Shown: in pieces, positions 29,756-39,349 of the stretch
Numbering within the stretch: position 1 is the first letter of the stretch
Layout of the letters: each line of letters begins with the position of its first letter
Assembly: GCA_965215845.1 (NCBI GenBank)
Contig: CBDCEL010000002.1
Location: forward strand, 22,954-86,953
From: Aurantibacter sp.
Lineage (GTDB): Bacteria; Bacteroidota; Bacteroidia; Flavobacteriales; Flavobacteriaceae
Length of the DNA: 64,000 nt
Direction of reading: 5' to 3'
The notes under the pieces: generated by a model
What the model saw: only the letters and a program-made list of their open reading frames with translations
What the model was told of the DNA's origin: nothing
Databases searched by the model: none
Position numbers and translations under genes: made by a program

Positions 29756-32107
29756 ATGAAGATTCTTTCCTTAAGTATGGTATTCGTTCTCTTACTAACA
29801 ACAAAAACAGTCTATTCGCAGAATTTTGGTCCGAATCCACGTAATTTGAAACAGGAGTTAGGACTTGATCCTGGTACCCAGGGCCCTCAAAAGAATGGGT
29901 TGGATTCCTTGATAACCTGGCAAGAGCAGTTGGTGGTGCATCTTGATAAGCCGCAATTGATAAAGGACACACCTTCTTTTTTCAAGGCATATATGCTTAC
30001 CGGACCCAACAAGGTAAGGGCCACCCAGAGTAGCGTGCTTAAGGTGGAATTGGTGAACCAAAACCAAGAAATCGCTTTCACCCAGTACCACAGGATTATT
30101 GAAGGTATGTCACATGGCACGTTGAATTTGCCCAAAAAACTAAAAGAAGGTTTTTATACGCTGCGAGCTTATACCCAGTGGATGCAGAATTATGGAGAAC
30201 CGTATTATTTCACTAGGCAGGTGCAAGTGATCGGCTCCAAACTGAAATCGAATAAAAAAAATAAAATCGAGACTTTACAAATCAATTTCTATCCTGAAGG
30301 AGGTAGTTTGGTTTCTGGTTTGAACAATCATCTTTTAATCAAAATCGAGGACAATCATGGTCGTCCACTAAGAATCGATGGTAATATTGTTGATGAAAAT
30401 GGGGTTGCTACGACCGAGGTTTCTTCTTTTGAAGCAGGAATATCCTCGGCCATCATCAAACCCTTATCGAACAAGAGGTATAAATTCGTTGGCCCCAATG
30501 GCATAGAACAGGCGATACCCAATGCTCAGGATGAAGGATATGTCGTCAGGGTCAATAATCTTGACGATTCCTTGGTGAAAGTAAATGTTCAAGCCTCCGA
30601 TCAAAGAAAGGGTAAAAAGGTCTATTTAAAAGGAGAAATGGACGGGGTCGAATATTTTCGCCAAGAACTTGAACTTGTTGATGATGAATTGCAGCTAGAC
30701 ATACCCAAAGCAGCTATGCCAAGAGGTTTTTTGGCAATTTCATTATTTGACGAGTCTGAATTTGTATGGGCCAAAAGACAGATTTTTGTGAGCGGCAACA
30801 AAACCCTGAACATCGAAATAAACCCAATTGCAAATACGGCCGATTCCGGCAAAGCCACTTTTAAGGTAAAGGTCAGTGATTCAGAGGGCAATCCCATAGA
30901 AACCTCCCTATCGCTGGGGGCGACTGCAATTGGAAAGGAAGACTTTGCCAATTCATTTCAAATAGGCCAATTTGATAAGGGGGTCGACCCAAATCGGCGC
31001 AAGGAAAGATTCTTAAATGATCTGATGGTCTTGACCAAAGAGGATGGGAAGAACGGTTTATCAGATATTTCTTCGGACGGAATTAGATACCCTTTTCAAA
31101 AAGGGTTGGAACTTTACGGCCATGTTTATGATTTGAACAACAATTTGTTGCCAAATACAAAAATTCAAGTTATTGCAGGTTCTGAAGATGATTTCTTCGT
31201 GAAAGAGATTATTACGGATGCTCAAGGTCTGCTGCGTCTTAACGACTTACAGTTCGTAGGGGAAACCCAATTCATTTTTAGAACATCTGGCGATGACCCA
31301 AAGTCACGCCTGGTAAAATTCCAGCCAATGGACCAAACTCCTGGCAATGCCACGGACTCACTAAAAAAGGAACGGACAAAGCCCACCAAAAACCAAAGGG
31401 TAGAGCCCTCAACTTGGCGGCCCATTGATTCAACAAATTTGGTAGAACTTGAAGAGGTTAAAATCAGTAAAGAACGAGATCTGAAGAGTTCTTCAAATTC
31501 TGCCTACGGGGTAAAAGCAACCAGGGTTGTCCATCAAGATGTTGATAAGCCAAAGACGTTACCTCAATTGTTTTTGAATATTCCAGGGGTACAGGTACAA
31601 GATATTGGTGGCCTAAGGCCAAGATTATTTATACCGCGGGCAACCGGGAAAGGTCCGCTTATATGGGTCTTGGACGGTCAACCCTTGATTCAGCCAACTT
31701 CGCTGGTGGATATTATGAATACTGTCAGTTCCGCTGATATCGAACGGATCGAAATTCTTTTTGGCCCCCAAGCGGCCGTTTATGGCACAAGATCTTCGGG
31801 AGGCGCAATTCTTATTTACACGAGAACAGGTAATGTTGATTACATCAAAAGGAAAGAGGCCCAATTGATGTTTCAAGGGTTTCGTCGATCTGTCAGCTTT
31901 GAAAGCTATCAAGAATCGATTTCAAACAAAAAAAGAAACCAAAGCGGTCTGCCCATTACTTTGTATTGGAATCCAGATTTAAGAACCGATTCCAATGGCG
32001 AGGTGATTGTAAGCTTCGTTCCTCCTTCCAGAGGCCAGCGAATGGAGTTACGGGTAAGTGCGGTCACCGAAATAGGGCAGATAGGCCATTCCAAGGCAAG
32101 CTTTTAA
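29756..32107 (+). CDS. Secreted large protein with a C-terminal TonB-dependent-receptor plug-like domain
   Basis: Signal peptide MKILSLSMVFVLLLTTKTVYSQ (start moved to 29756). C-terminus PGVQVQD...VLDGQPL...DIERIEILFGPQAAVYGTRSSGGAILIYT resembles the Plug domain. Confidence 0.7.
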   Translation: MKILSLSMVFVLLLTTKTVYSQNFGPNPRNLKQELGLDPGTQGPQKNGLDSLITWQEQLVVHLDKPQLIKDTPSFFKAYMLTGPNKVRATQSSVLKVELVNQNQEIAFTQYHRIIEGMSHGTLNLPKKLKEGFYTLRAYTQWMQNYGEPYYFTRQVQVIGSKLKSNKKNKIETLQINFYPEGGSLVSGLNNHLLIKIEDNHGRPLRIDGNIVDENGVATTEVSSFEAGISSAIIKPLSNKRYKFVGPNGIEQAIPNAQDEGYVVRVNNLDDSLVKVNVQASDQRKGKKVYLKGEMDGVEYFRQELELVDDELQLDIPKAAMPRGFLAISLFDESEFVWAKRQIFVSGNKTLNIEINPIANTADSGKATFKVKVSDSEGNPIETSLSLGATAIGKEDFANSFQIGQFDKGVDPNRRKERFLNDLMVLTKEDGKNGLSDISSDGIRYPFQKGLELYGHVYDLNNNLLPNTKIQVIAGSEDDFFVKEIITDAQGLLRLNDLQFVGETQFIFRTSGDDPKSRLVKFQPMDQTPGNATDSLKKERTKPTKNQRVEPSTWRPIDSTNLVELEEVKISKERDLKSSSNSAYGVKATRVVHQDVDKPKTLPQLFLNIPGVQVQDIGGLRPRLFIPRATGKGPLIWVLDGQPLIQPTSLVDIMNTVSSADIERIEILFGPQAAVYGTRSSGGAILIYTRTGNVDYIKRKEAQLMFQGFRRSVSFESYQESISNKKRNQSGLPITLYWNPDLRTDSNGEVIVSFVPPSRGQRMELRVSAVTEIGQIGHSKASF

Positions 32108-32229
32108 ATCCATTCTTTTTTAATAAAAAAACCACCTAGAAATGTTGTGTTCTAATATTGGAAGAAGTATTTTTGCGTCCGCTTTTTCTTGATAGGAGAA
32201 GACAGTCGTTCATTGAATATGACAATATT

Positions 32230-32313
32230 GGAGAGGTGCCGGAGTGGTAACGGAGCAGATTGCTAATCTGTCGACGCGTAAGTGTCGCCCGGGTTCGAGT
32301 CCCGGTCTCTCCG
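32230..32313 (+). tRNA. tRNA-Ser (anticodon GCT), long variable arm
   Basis: Acceptor GGAGAGG/TCTCTCC, anticodon stem-loop GCAGA-TTGCTAA-TCTGT, T-arm CCGGG-TTCGAGT-CCCGG. Confidence 0.9.
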
Positions 32314-32442
32314 CAATTTCCTTTGAACTATCAATTTGCTTAGGTAGTATATCCAAATAATTTTGGAGTTTGGGATTTGAAAAATTAAAAAGCGATTAGG
32401 TGGGAGGCCGACGCACCGTCTGGCCCCTTGCTAAAAAAGGTC

Positions 32443-32467
32443 TACTAGACCTTTTTTGATCGCTCGG
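32443..32467. terminator. Palindromic hairpin AAAAAAGGTCTACTAGACCTTTTTT between the two tRNAs
   Basis: GGTCTA/TAGACC arms flanked by A6 and T6, read directly. The loop is very small, so the function is uncertain. Confidence 0.4.
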
Positions 32468-32539
32468 TCCGGTTCCCGGTCTACTTGATCAAAGTGACAT
32501 TGGGGGTTTGGTACTTGAAATATTGACATTTACACCATT

Positions 32540-32614
32540 CGGGGTGTAGCGTAGCCCGGTTATCGCGCCTGCTTTGGGAGCAGGAGGTCGCAGGTTCGAA
32601 TCCTGCCACCCCGA
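32540..32614 (+). tRNA. tRNA-Pro (anticodon TGG)
   Basis: Acceptor CGGGGTG/CACCCCG, anticodon stem-loop CCTGC-TTTGGGA-GCAGG, T-arm GCAGG-TTCGAAT-CCTGC. Confidence 0.9.
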
Positions 32615-32619
32615 CGAAC

Positions 32620-32698
32620 CTAGTATTATTTAATACTAGTTGATTGCTAACTAAATGATTATCAGATATTTAATTTTTTTTGATATCATTTAGTTAGC
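32620..32698. repeat. Two strong inverted repeats immediately after tRNA-Pro
   Basis: CTAGTATTA-TT-TAATACTAG (32620-32639), and a 14-bp perfect inverted repeat GCTAACTAAATGAT (32646-32659) / ATCATTTAGTTAGC (32685-32698). Confidence 0.8.
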
Positions 32699-32716
32699 TT
32701 TAAAATCAATGAAAAA

Positions 32717-32847
32717 GGGAACAATTCGGGAACAAATCGGGAACAGTTCCTTTACAATTTTTTACTTATCTTTTCCTGTGAAATAAGGCCTTTATAAGTG
32801 ATTTGACTTTCGTGTTAGAATAATGTTTAACTCTAATTCGGGAACAA
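32717..32847 (+). promoter_or_regulatory. Iterated GGGAACA motifs upstream of the ICE integrase
   Basis: Copies at 32717, 32728 and 32739 (11-nt phasing; the third is part of the palindrome GGAACAGTTCC). A fourth copy at 32840-32846 directly abuts the ATG. Confidence 0.5.
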
Positions 32848-34081
32848 ATGACAGCTTCAAAGACTTTTAAGATTCTATTTCGACAAATCAAAGCCAGGGG
32901 CAATGGCGAAGTAGCTCCTATCTATGTTCGAATTACCGTAAGGGGAAGGCGTGTTGAGATCAGCACCGACTTGTCCTATTCAATGGCGGAATGGGACACT
33001 AAACAAGGAAGAGCCAAAGGAAGGGTGGCTCAGGCAAGGGAATTGAATGACCAACTGGACAGCATCTATGTGGAAATCAAGGAGTGCTATAGGACGCTCA
33101 AAAGGGAAGGTAGATTCATAACTGCCCAAGCGATTAAAGCTCGATATCTTGGAACCGACCACAATGATGAAACATTGCTAGGACTATCAAGATATCATTT
33201 TGATAAGAACAGGGGTAAACTTGCTCCGGGAACTTTGAAAAATTACTTCACAACGGAAGCTTATTTGAAGGACTTTGTAATCAAGGAGTACAAAACAACT
33301 GACATTCCACTGGAATTTATTCAATATAGTTTTGTCGTCGATTTTGAACAATTTCTCCGCAACCCCAAAAACCACATGAGCAAGACTCGTCCGTTAAAGA
33401 ACAATGGCATAATGAAACACATCGAACGGCTCAAAAAACTGGTTGGTTTTGCAGAAAAATTGGGTTGGATTTCAAAACATCCGTTCGAAAAGTATGAACT
33501 TTCATACGACAAATTCAGAAACGGGTTTTTGACAGAACATCAATTAAGGAATTTTGAGACCGTCGAACTGAATAGCCCTAAATTAATTCGTGTACGCGAT
33601 GTTTTTATTTTTTTGCTGCTATACCGGATTGGCCTATATCGATGTCAAACAATTGAACCGACAAAATATTGTTATGGGAATCGATGGGCGTCAGTGGTTG
33701 TCCCTTTTCCGCGAAAAAAGCGATGTGCCAGTTAAGATTCCCCTTCTGGACAAAGCAAGGACCATTTTGAAAAAGTATAAAAATTTCGAAGATTCAGAAA
33801 GGTTATTCCCCGTTTGTTCAAACCAGAAAATGAACCAATACCTTAAGGAAATTGCCTCCTTGTGCAAAATTGACATTAAAGTAACTTGTCATATTGCCCG
33901 TCATACTTTTGCTACTACGGTAACCCTTTCCAATGGAGTGCCCATTGAAACGGTTTCGAAGCTCTTGGGGCATGCCAAGCTTTCCACCACCCAGATATAC
34001 GCCAATGTTGTCGAAAGGAAAATAAAGGAGGACATGAGCAAGTTGCAGAAAAGGCTAAATAATACTGCGCAAAGTGCATAA
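32848..34081 (+). CDS. Tyrosine recombinase/integrase of the ICE; apparent +1 frameshift in the T7 run at 33608-33614
   Basis: The two ORFs join as ...LIRVRDVFIF/CCYTGLAYIDVKQL. The C-terminus has HIARHTFATT and LLGHAKLSTTQIYANV. Confidence 0.85.
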
Positions 34082-34201
34082 ATAATTAAGAATTTAAAGA
34101 AAAACCATAATTCAAACCGTTTAGTTCTGTTAAAAGGATTTCAAAGTATTCTTAATTTAGAACAAGGTCATAGATTAGAATCGAAAGTTAAATCATTTAA
34201 G

Positions 34202-34241
34202 GGCCATCACCGAAGGCTGGATAAATTGTGATGGCCTTTTT
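34202..34241 (+). terminator. Rho-independent terminator after the integrase
   Basis: GGCCATCAC (34202-34210) pairs with GTGATGGCC (34228-34236), followed by T5. Confidence 0.65.
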
Positions 34242-34431
34242 ACAGTAATATACCAAGTTCTGTTACTTTTCGATGGATGCGTTCATAATTTTCCGGGAGC
34301 TCTTGATTTGAATTTCTATTTCCTGATGGAAGTTCTTAATTTTTGAGGTGCTCTAAATTGTATTTCCGTATCGTTTCCGTTGGCCAAAAACACAGATCAA
34401 CGCTACCTCTATCCATAGAACACATTGGCTC

Positions 34432-34515
34432 ATGTTTTTGCAGCTTCAAGCTTTCAAAGACTTTAAACCGAAGGTCTACTGTACCACAAAAGCCTTATAT
34501 TTAAGTTCTTACTAG
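34432..34515 (+). CDS. Speculative 27-aa ORF, MFLQLQAFKDFKPKVYCTTKALYLSSY, a possible substrate peptide
   Basis: Hand-translated. It ends 9 nt before the dehydratase ATG. 5 of the last 12 residues are Cys, Thr or Ser. It is too short to appear in the ORF track. Confidence 0.2.
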   Translation: MFLQLQAFKDFKPKVYCTTKALYLSSY

Positions 34516-34524
34516 CTGACCAAA

Positions 34525-36776
34525 ATGAAAAATTCTTCCAGAATGCGGTTTCCGTATGTCCAGTTTGACCGATTCTGTATCCGCACTCCATTATTTCCTG
34601 TCGAATTTTTCAAGAAGTTGACTTCCGACAAGGAAATTCACGATGAACAACTAATGGAAAAGATTAATAATCCAGTTATCCAAGAAGCACTTTTCTTGGC
34701 TTCACCGGATCTCTATTTCCAAATCGGTTAGATGGTGCAAAGGTGAAATCAAGAGTGTGGCAAAAAAAAATAGGATTAAACTCTCACTATTAAAATATTT
34801 GACCAGAATGGCCACTCGTTGCACACCCTTTGGGCTGTTCGCTGGTTGCTCAGCGGGAAATTTTGCATCCAGTAGCTCATTAGAAGTCCCCCCACCGGAA
34901 TATTATAAAAGACAAACACGGTACGATATGCATTTTTTGGTATCGTTTTCAAGTTACCTGTCGAATAAAAAGAAGATTAAGGATCAAATCAAGTTTTATC
35001 CAAATTCGACTATTTATAAAATTGGTAAGAGGTATCGCTATGTTGAATACACCTACGTGGAAAAAAGAAGACAACACAGTTTGGAATCTGTTGTCCATTC
35101 TCCCTACTTGGAGAAAATTCTTAAAATATCCAATAAAGGAGCAACAGTAGAAACCCTTGTTAAAAAGATGACAGAGCTTGGAATTGATAAACCGGAGGCA
35201 TTAAGATTCATAAGCGAACTAATCTCCAACCAAATATTGATTGGTGATCTTGAACCTTCTGTGACGGGCCAGGACTCCCTAGAAGAACTTCGATTGAAAC
35301 TATCGGAGTTGGATAATACCGAGGAGCAGTTGGTACTTGTTAAGGGAATGCAATTGAGACTGGATGTAATCGATCAACAATTGGGCAATCGAATAAATAA
35401 ATACCTATCAATTAAAGAATTGTTTTCGTCATTGGGAATACCCTACGAATTAAAATATTTATTCCAAACTGACCTTTATACTTCCTTAAGGGGAGAAAAA
35501 TCTTGGGTATTCCATCTTAAAGAAAGTAAAACTGGGAATGGCCTTCCTGAACAAAATTTCGACTTTGACAAAAAATCAGAACCTCGAACGTTTCAAGGAC
35601 TCATTCCATAGAAGATACGAAGGTCAAAAGATACCACTTTTACAAGTTTTGGATGTTGAAAGCGGAATTGGTTACGTTCAAAATCCCAACAATTTAGTGA
35701 CCACCCCTTTTTTGGATGATATCGATTATGTAGGTGAAAATATGTCTAGAGATACCTTGGAAACGAGTTGGTCGTCTTTTCACAGGGTACTTCACAAAAA
35801 GTTGTATGAAACAATTTCAATCAATGCTGAAGAAATCAAATTGACTGACCGCGATTTTCCAAGTTTGGAATACGATTGGCTCGATGCCCCAGAGACGATT
35901 TCCGTGATGTTCGAGGCCATCATTGAGAAAGGTCAGGAAAAGATAGTTATGGATTATTGTGGACCTTGGGCAGCAAAATTACTGGGTAGGTTTTGTTATG
36001 GTGATGACGGAGTGAAGAAAATGGTAAATGAAATCGTCGCTACGGAAAAAGAATTATTGCCGGACAAAGTACTTGCTGAAATTGTGCATCTACCCGAATC
36101 CCGAACAGGTAATATATTACGCAGACCAAGCTTAAGAGCTTACGAAATACCATACTTGGGCAAATCGAATCTTGCCCGAGAAAATCAAATTTCTCTAACG
36201 GATATTTTAGTCGCTGTTGAACAGGGTAACGTAAAACTTTATTCAAAAAAAATTGAAAAAGAAATAATCCCATGTTTAACGAACGCCCACAACTACACCC
36301 ACAATGCTCTCCCGATTTATCAGTTTTTATGTGACTTACAATATCAGAATAGAAGGAATTATTCTTTTAATTGGGGTAATCTTTCCTCACAATTTAGATA
36401 TCTTCCTAGGGTGACCTACAAGGATGTCATTCTTTCAAAAGCAATATGGAACCTCGAAAAAAAGGATGTTGAAAATATTCTCAATTTTCATAAAAAGGGT
36501 ACATTGACAATCCAAAAAATAAGTTCTTGGCGTATTAGTTTGAAACTTCCAAAACTCATGCAACTGGTAGAAAGAGACAATACCTTATTGATAAATTTTG
36601 AAAATTTGTCCTCTTCACAAATGCTTTTTGACCAGATTAAGAATGCTGACAATTTTCGACTGGAAGAATTTTTATTCAATAATGAGTGTTTGGTGAGGAG
36701 GGGCGAAAACGGTTATTGCAATCAATTTGTTGTTGCTTTTCATAAAGAGCAACCTGAACCAGACGGTAAGATATGA
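34525..36776 (+). CDS. Lanthipeptide/thiopeptide-type dehydratase, N-terminal (glutamylation) domain protein (LanB-N); two apparent frameshifts (about 34725-34730 and the A5 run at 35496-35500)
   Basis: Three colinear ORFs. Hallmark motifs are FCIRTPLFP, ALFLASPDLY, LKYLTRMATRCTPFGLFAG, FKDSFHRRYEGQKIPLLQVLDVESGIGY and EIVHLPESRTGNILRRP. Confidence 0.8.
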
Positions 36777-37627
36777 AGCGCAAATTCATTTTAGGAGATG
36801 AATGGTTATATTACAAGGTATATTGCGGACCCAGCTCGGCCGATTTAATTCTTCAAGATGTCATTTTACCATTAACCAGAAACCTCCAAAATGATAATCA
36901 AATCAAACTTTGGTTTTTTATACGCTACCAAGACCCAGAACCACATATACGACTAAGACTGAAGTTGACCAAGTTGGCCCATCTGGGAGATGCCGTAGCA
37001 ATGTTCAAACATTATATTTCACCTTTTCTAATTAGCAATTTGGTATGGTCCGTTCAAATTGATACCTACGTTCGCGAACTTGAAAGGTATGGATCAAGCA
37101 CAATAGAACCTGCAGAACAAATTTTTTTCTGCGACAGTGACTTAGTTGCCAATACTATCCCATTAATTGAGGATGAAGAATTCTATTTTCTATTTGTTTT
37201 GAAATGTATCGATTCGTTTCTGAATCAATTTCAACTAAAAGAAGATGAAAAATGGAAATTTTACGAACAAAACGCCCTCGCATTTAAACATGAATTCAAT
37301 GTCGGCAAATTAACTTTAAAGAGCTTGTCCAAAAAGTACAACGTGCTCAAGGACAGGTTGGAAAGAATCCTATTTCATAATTTATTGAAAGATTATGGTC
37401 CATTGCAAGAATTATTGAATAAAAGAAACAAGGCTATTGACCATTCCGCCAAGAAGATAATATCTCTGAGGAACGAGAATAAGTTAGAAGTAAACTTCTC
37501 TGATCTCTTAGGAAGTTATGTCCACATGTTTTTTAATAGGGCATTTCGAGATAGACAACGATTTTACGAAATGGTGGGATATGACTCTCTTCAAATGTGT
37601 ACCAGAAGAAATTATAAACAAAATTAA
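36773..37627 (+). CDS. Lanthipeptide/thiopeptide-type dehydratase C-terminal (elimination) domain protein (LanB-C / SpaB_C-like)
   Basis: DEWLYYKVYCGP...IKLWFFIRYQDPEPHIRLRLKL is the typical opening of this domain. Its start overlaps the previous stop (ATGA). Confidence 0.8.
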   Translation: MKRKFILGDEWLYYKVYCGPSSADLILQDVILPLTRNLQNDNQIKLWFFIRYQDPEPHIRLRLKLTKLAHLGDAVAMFKHYISPFLISNLVWSVQIDTYVRELERYGSSTIEPAEQIFFCDSDLVANTIPLIEDEEFYFLFVLKCIDSFLNQFQLKEDEKWKFYEQNALAFKHEFNVGKLTLKSLSKKYNVLKDRLERILFHNLLKDYGPLQELLNKRNKAIDHSAKKIISLRNENKLEVNFSDLLGSYVHMFFNRAFRDRQRFYEMVGYDSLQMCTRRNYKQN

Positions 37628-37918
37628 ACAAGGGTGTTGCTAGGAAGCAACTATAATATGGACTGTAGGCTAAATCTAGATTTGCTAAATACATTGGATA
37701 GCTATAATTAACATCATGAAGAAAAACACCAACCTCATGAATTCCTTTTAGAAAAGGGTATTAAACTACTTTAGAAAATTTAATTACCGTCACAAAGTAT
37801 TTAGTTCACGTTCCGAAGAATAGGAACTCCTCCATTTAATTTTAGATTATCTCCAGTACCGCCCCATTACTTTTTCCGATAGCAAAAAAACAACATCCGT
37901 TCTTGGAGACGGCATAAA

Positions 37919-37947
37919 GCCAGCCCTGCAATTTGCAGGGCTTTTTT
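37919..37947 (+). terminator. Strong hairpin plus T6 with no annotated gene directly upstream
   Basis: AGCCCTGCA-ATT-TGCAGGGCT followed by TTTTTT. It lies 290 nt after the LanB-C stop. Confidence 0.6.
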
Positions 37948-38193
37948 ATACGTCTTTCCCAAGCACGGATATTGTAGGAAGTACAGCATCAAAAAAAGGG
38001 TAACGGCATACGGCACTATGGGAAGTAAATCAAAAACAAACAAGATGAAATGGTACAAAATCCTCAAAAAGGAGGCGAGTCCAAAGTTAAAAAATCAAAA
38101 AAGGGAAAACGCACCGGATATAATAAGTAAATCGATTTTAAAGACCGTTCGAGGGTCGGGCGGTTCAATTCTAATTTTTTAAATATTTCAATT

Positions 38194-38547
38194 ATGAGCA
38201 ATCTTAGAAACAAAGTCCAATTGATTGGGAACGTGGGGAACAACCCCGAAATGACCGTTTTGGAAAGCGGCAAAAAACTGATCCGTTTTTCATTGGCTAC
38301 CAATGAGAACTACAAAGATGCAGAAGGCCGAAAGGTACAATCCACCGACTGGCACAACATGGTCGCCTGGGGCAAGACCGCTGAGATCATCGAGAAATAT
38401 GCAGTAAAGGGCAAGCAGATTGCCATCGAGGGCAAACTGACCTCTAGAAGCTATGAGACCAAAGACGGCGAAAAAAGATACGTTACGGAGGTTATCGTAA
38501 ACGAGGTTCTGTTATTGGGTGCCAAGAAGGAAAACAAAGCGGCTTAA
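38194..38547 (+). CDS. ssb: Single-stranded DNA-binding protein, short form (117 aa)
   Basis: OB-fold pattern MSNLRNKVQLIGNVGNNPEM...TDWHNMVAWGKTAEI...KGKQIAIEGKLTSRSYETKDGEKRYVTEV. The C-terminus is basic (KKENKAA) rather than the acidic tip of canonical SSB. Confidence 0.88.
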   Translation: MSNLRNKVQLIGNVGNNPEMTVLESGKKLIRFSLATNENYKDAEGRKVQSTDWHNMVAWGKTAEIIEKYAVKGKQIAIEGKLTSRSYETKDGEKRYVTEVIVNEVLLLGAKKENKAA

Positions 38548-38635
38548 TGTCTTGACCATTCAAAATTAAAGAGGGCATCTCTCGGAAAAGGTCTGCCCTC
38601 TTTTTTCATTACTACTAACGTTTAAATTAAAAGCA

Positions 38636-39085
38636 ATGAAGGACAAAGTTAACGAAATAAAAGTGAGTTATAAAGAATGTGTTCCCGCCACCCTTTGGAG
38701 GAAGATCAATTCCTCGAGGGATGCCGCCGAAATGCTTTACGAACTATGGGATAGCGACACCATAGGTCTTCAGGAGTCTTTTAAAGTGGTGCTATTGAAC
38801 AACAACAATAAGGTCAAAGGTATTTACCAGTTGTCAAGGGGAGGGATTACGGGAACGGTAATCGATATGAGGATTCTTTTTGCCGTGATTTTAAAAACCC
38901 TTTCAGTGGCCATCATCTTGACGCACAACCACCCCAGCGGAATGCTAAAAGCGAGCAGAACGGACAAAGAGCTGACCCTAAAAATCAAAAGGGCAGCCGA
39001 ACTTTTCAACGTGAGGTTATTGGACCACCTGATCATCGTACCCGATGGGGACTATTACAGTTTTGCCGACAACGGAATTCTCTGA
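38636..39085 (+). CDS. RadC-like JAB/JAMM domain protein
   Basis: Exact JAMM spacing HNHPSGMLKASRTD (HxH-x7-S-xx-D); about 150 aa. Confidence 0.85.
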   Translation: MKDKVNEIKVSYKECVPATLWRKINSSRDAAEMLYELWDSDTIGLQESFKVVLLNNNNKVKGIYQLSRGGITGTVIDMRILFAVILKTLSVAIILTHNHPSGMLKASRTDKELTLKIKRAAELFNVRLLDHLIIVPDGDYYSFADNGIL

Positions 39086-39100
39086 TTAATATCGACGGTC

Positions 39101-39298
39101 ATGGTAAAACTAAACTACAGCAATCTGGACGAAGAGACCCAAGAGCGGTTATTGATGAAATCCAAACGGGAAATCGAAGCACGGTATGGCGAGGATCTCA
39201 AAACCTATACCAAGGAAAACGGATTGGACTATCGCCAACTTTTGGAAGAGGAAGCCATCCGAAACCTGTACAACTATAAATACACGTTCACCATTTAA
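39101..39298 (+). CDS. Hypothetical small protein (65 aa)
   Basis: ORF followed by a terminator. No motif recognised. Confidence 0.45.
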   Translation: MVKLNYSNLDEETQERLLMKSKREIEARYGEDLKTYTKENGLDYRQLLEEEAIRNLYNYKYTFTI

Positions 39299-39322
39299 AG
39301 GAAAGGAGATTTTATTCGAACG

Positions 39323-39349
39323 GGGCGACTTGGAAAAGTTGCCCTTTTT
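39323..39349 (+). terminator. Rho-independent terminator
   Basis: GGGCGAC-TTGGAAAA-GTTGCCC followed by TTTTT. Confidence 0.65.

Noticed and set aside
32474-32482. TCCCGGTCT between the tRNAs matching the T-arm/acceptor junction of tRNA-Ser, as a possible old att scar.
   Set aside because: It is only a 9-nt identity with no extended similarity. That is compatible with chance.
37716-37751. MKKNTNLMNSF as a lanthipeptide precursor.
   Set aside because: It has only 11 codons and no Ser/Thr/Cys-rich core. Extending it needs two further frameshifts. It is kept only as a note within the 37628-37947 finding.
37867-38303. Minus-strand ORFs of 66 and 79 aa upstream of and overlapping ssb.
   Set aside because: One overlaps the well-supported ssb start. 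Both are hydrophobic low-complexity translations of AT-rich promoter DNA with no motifs.
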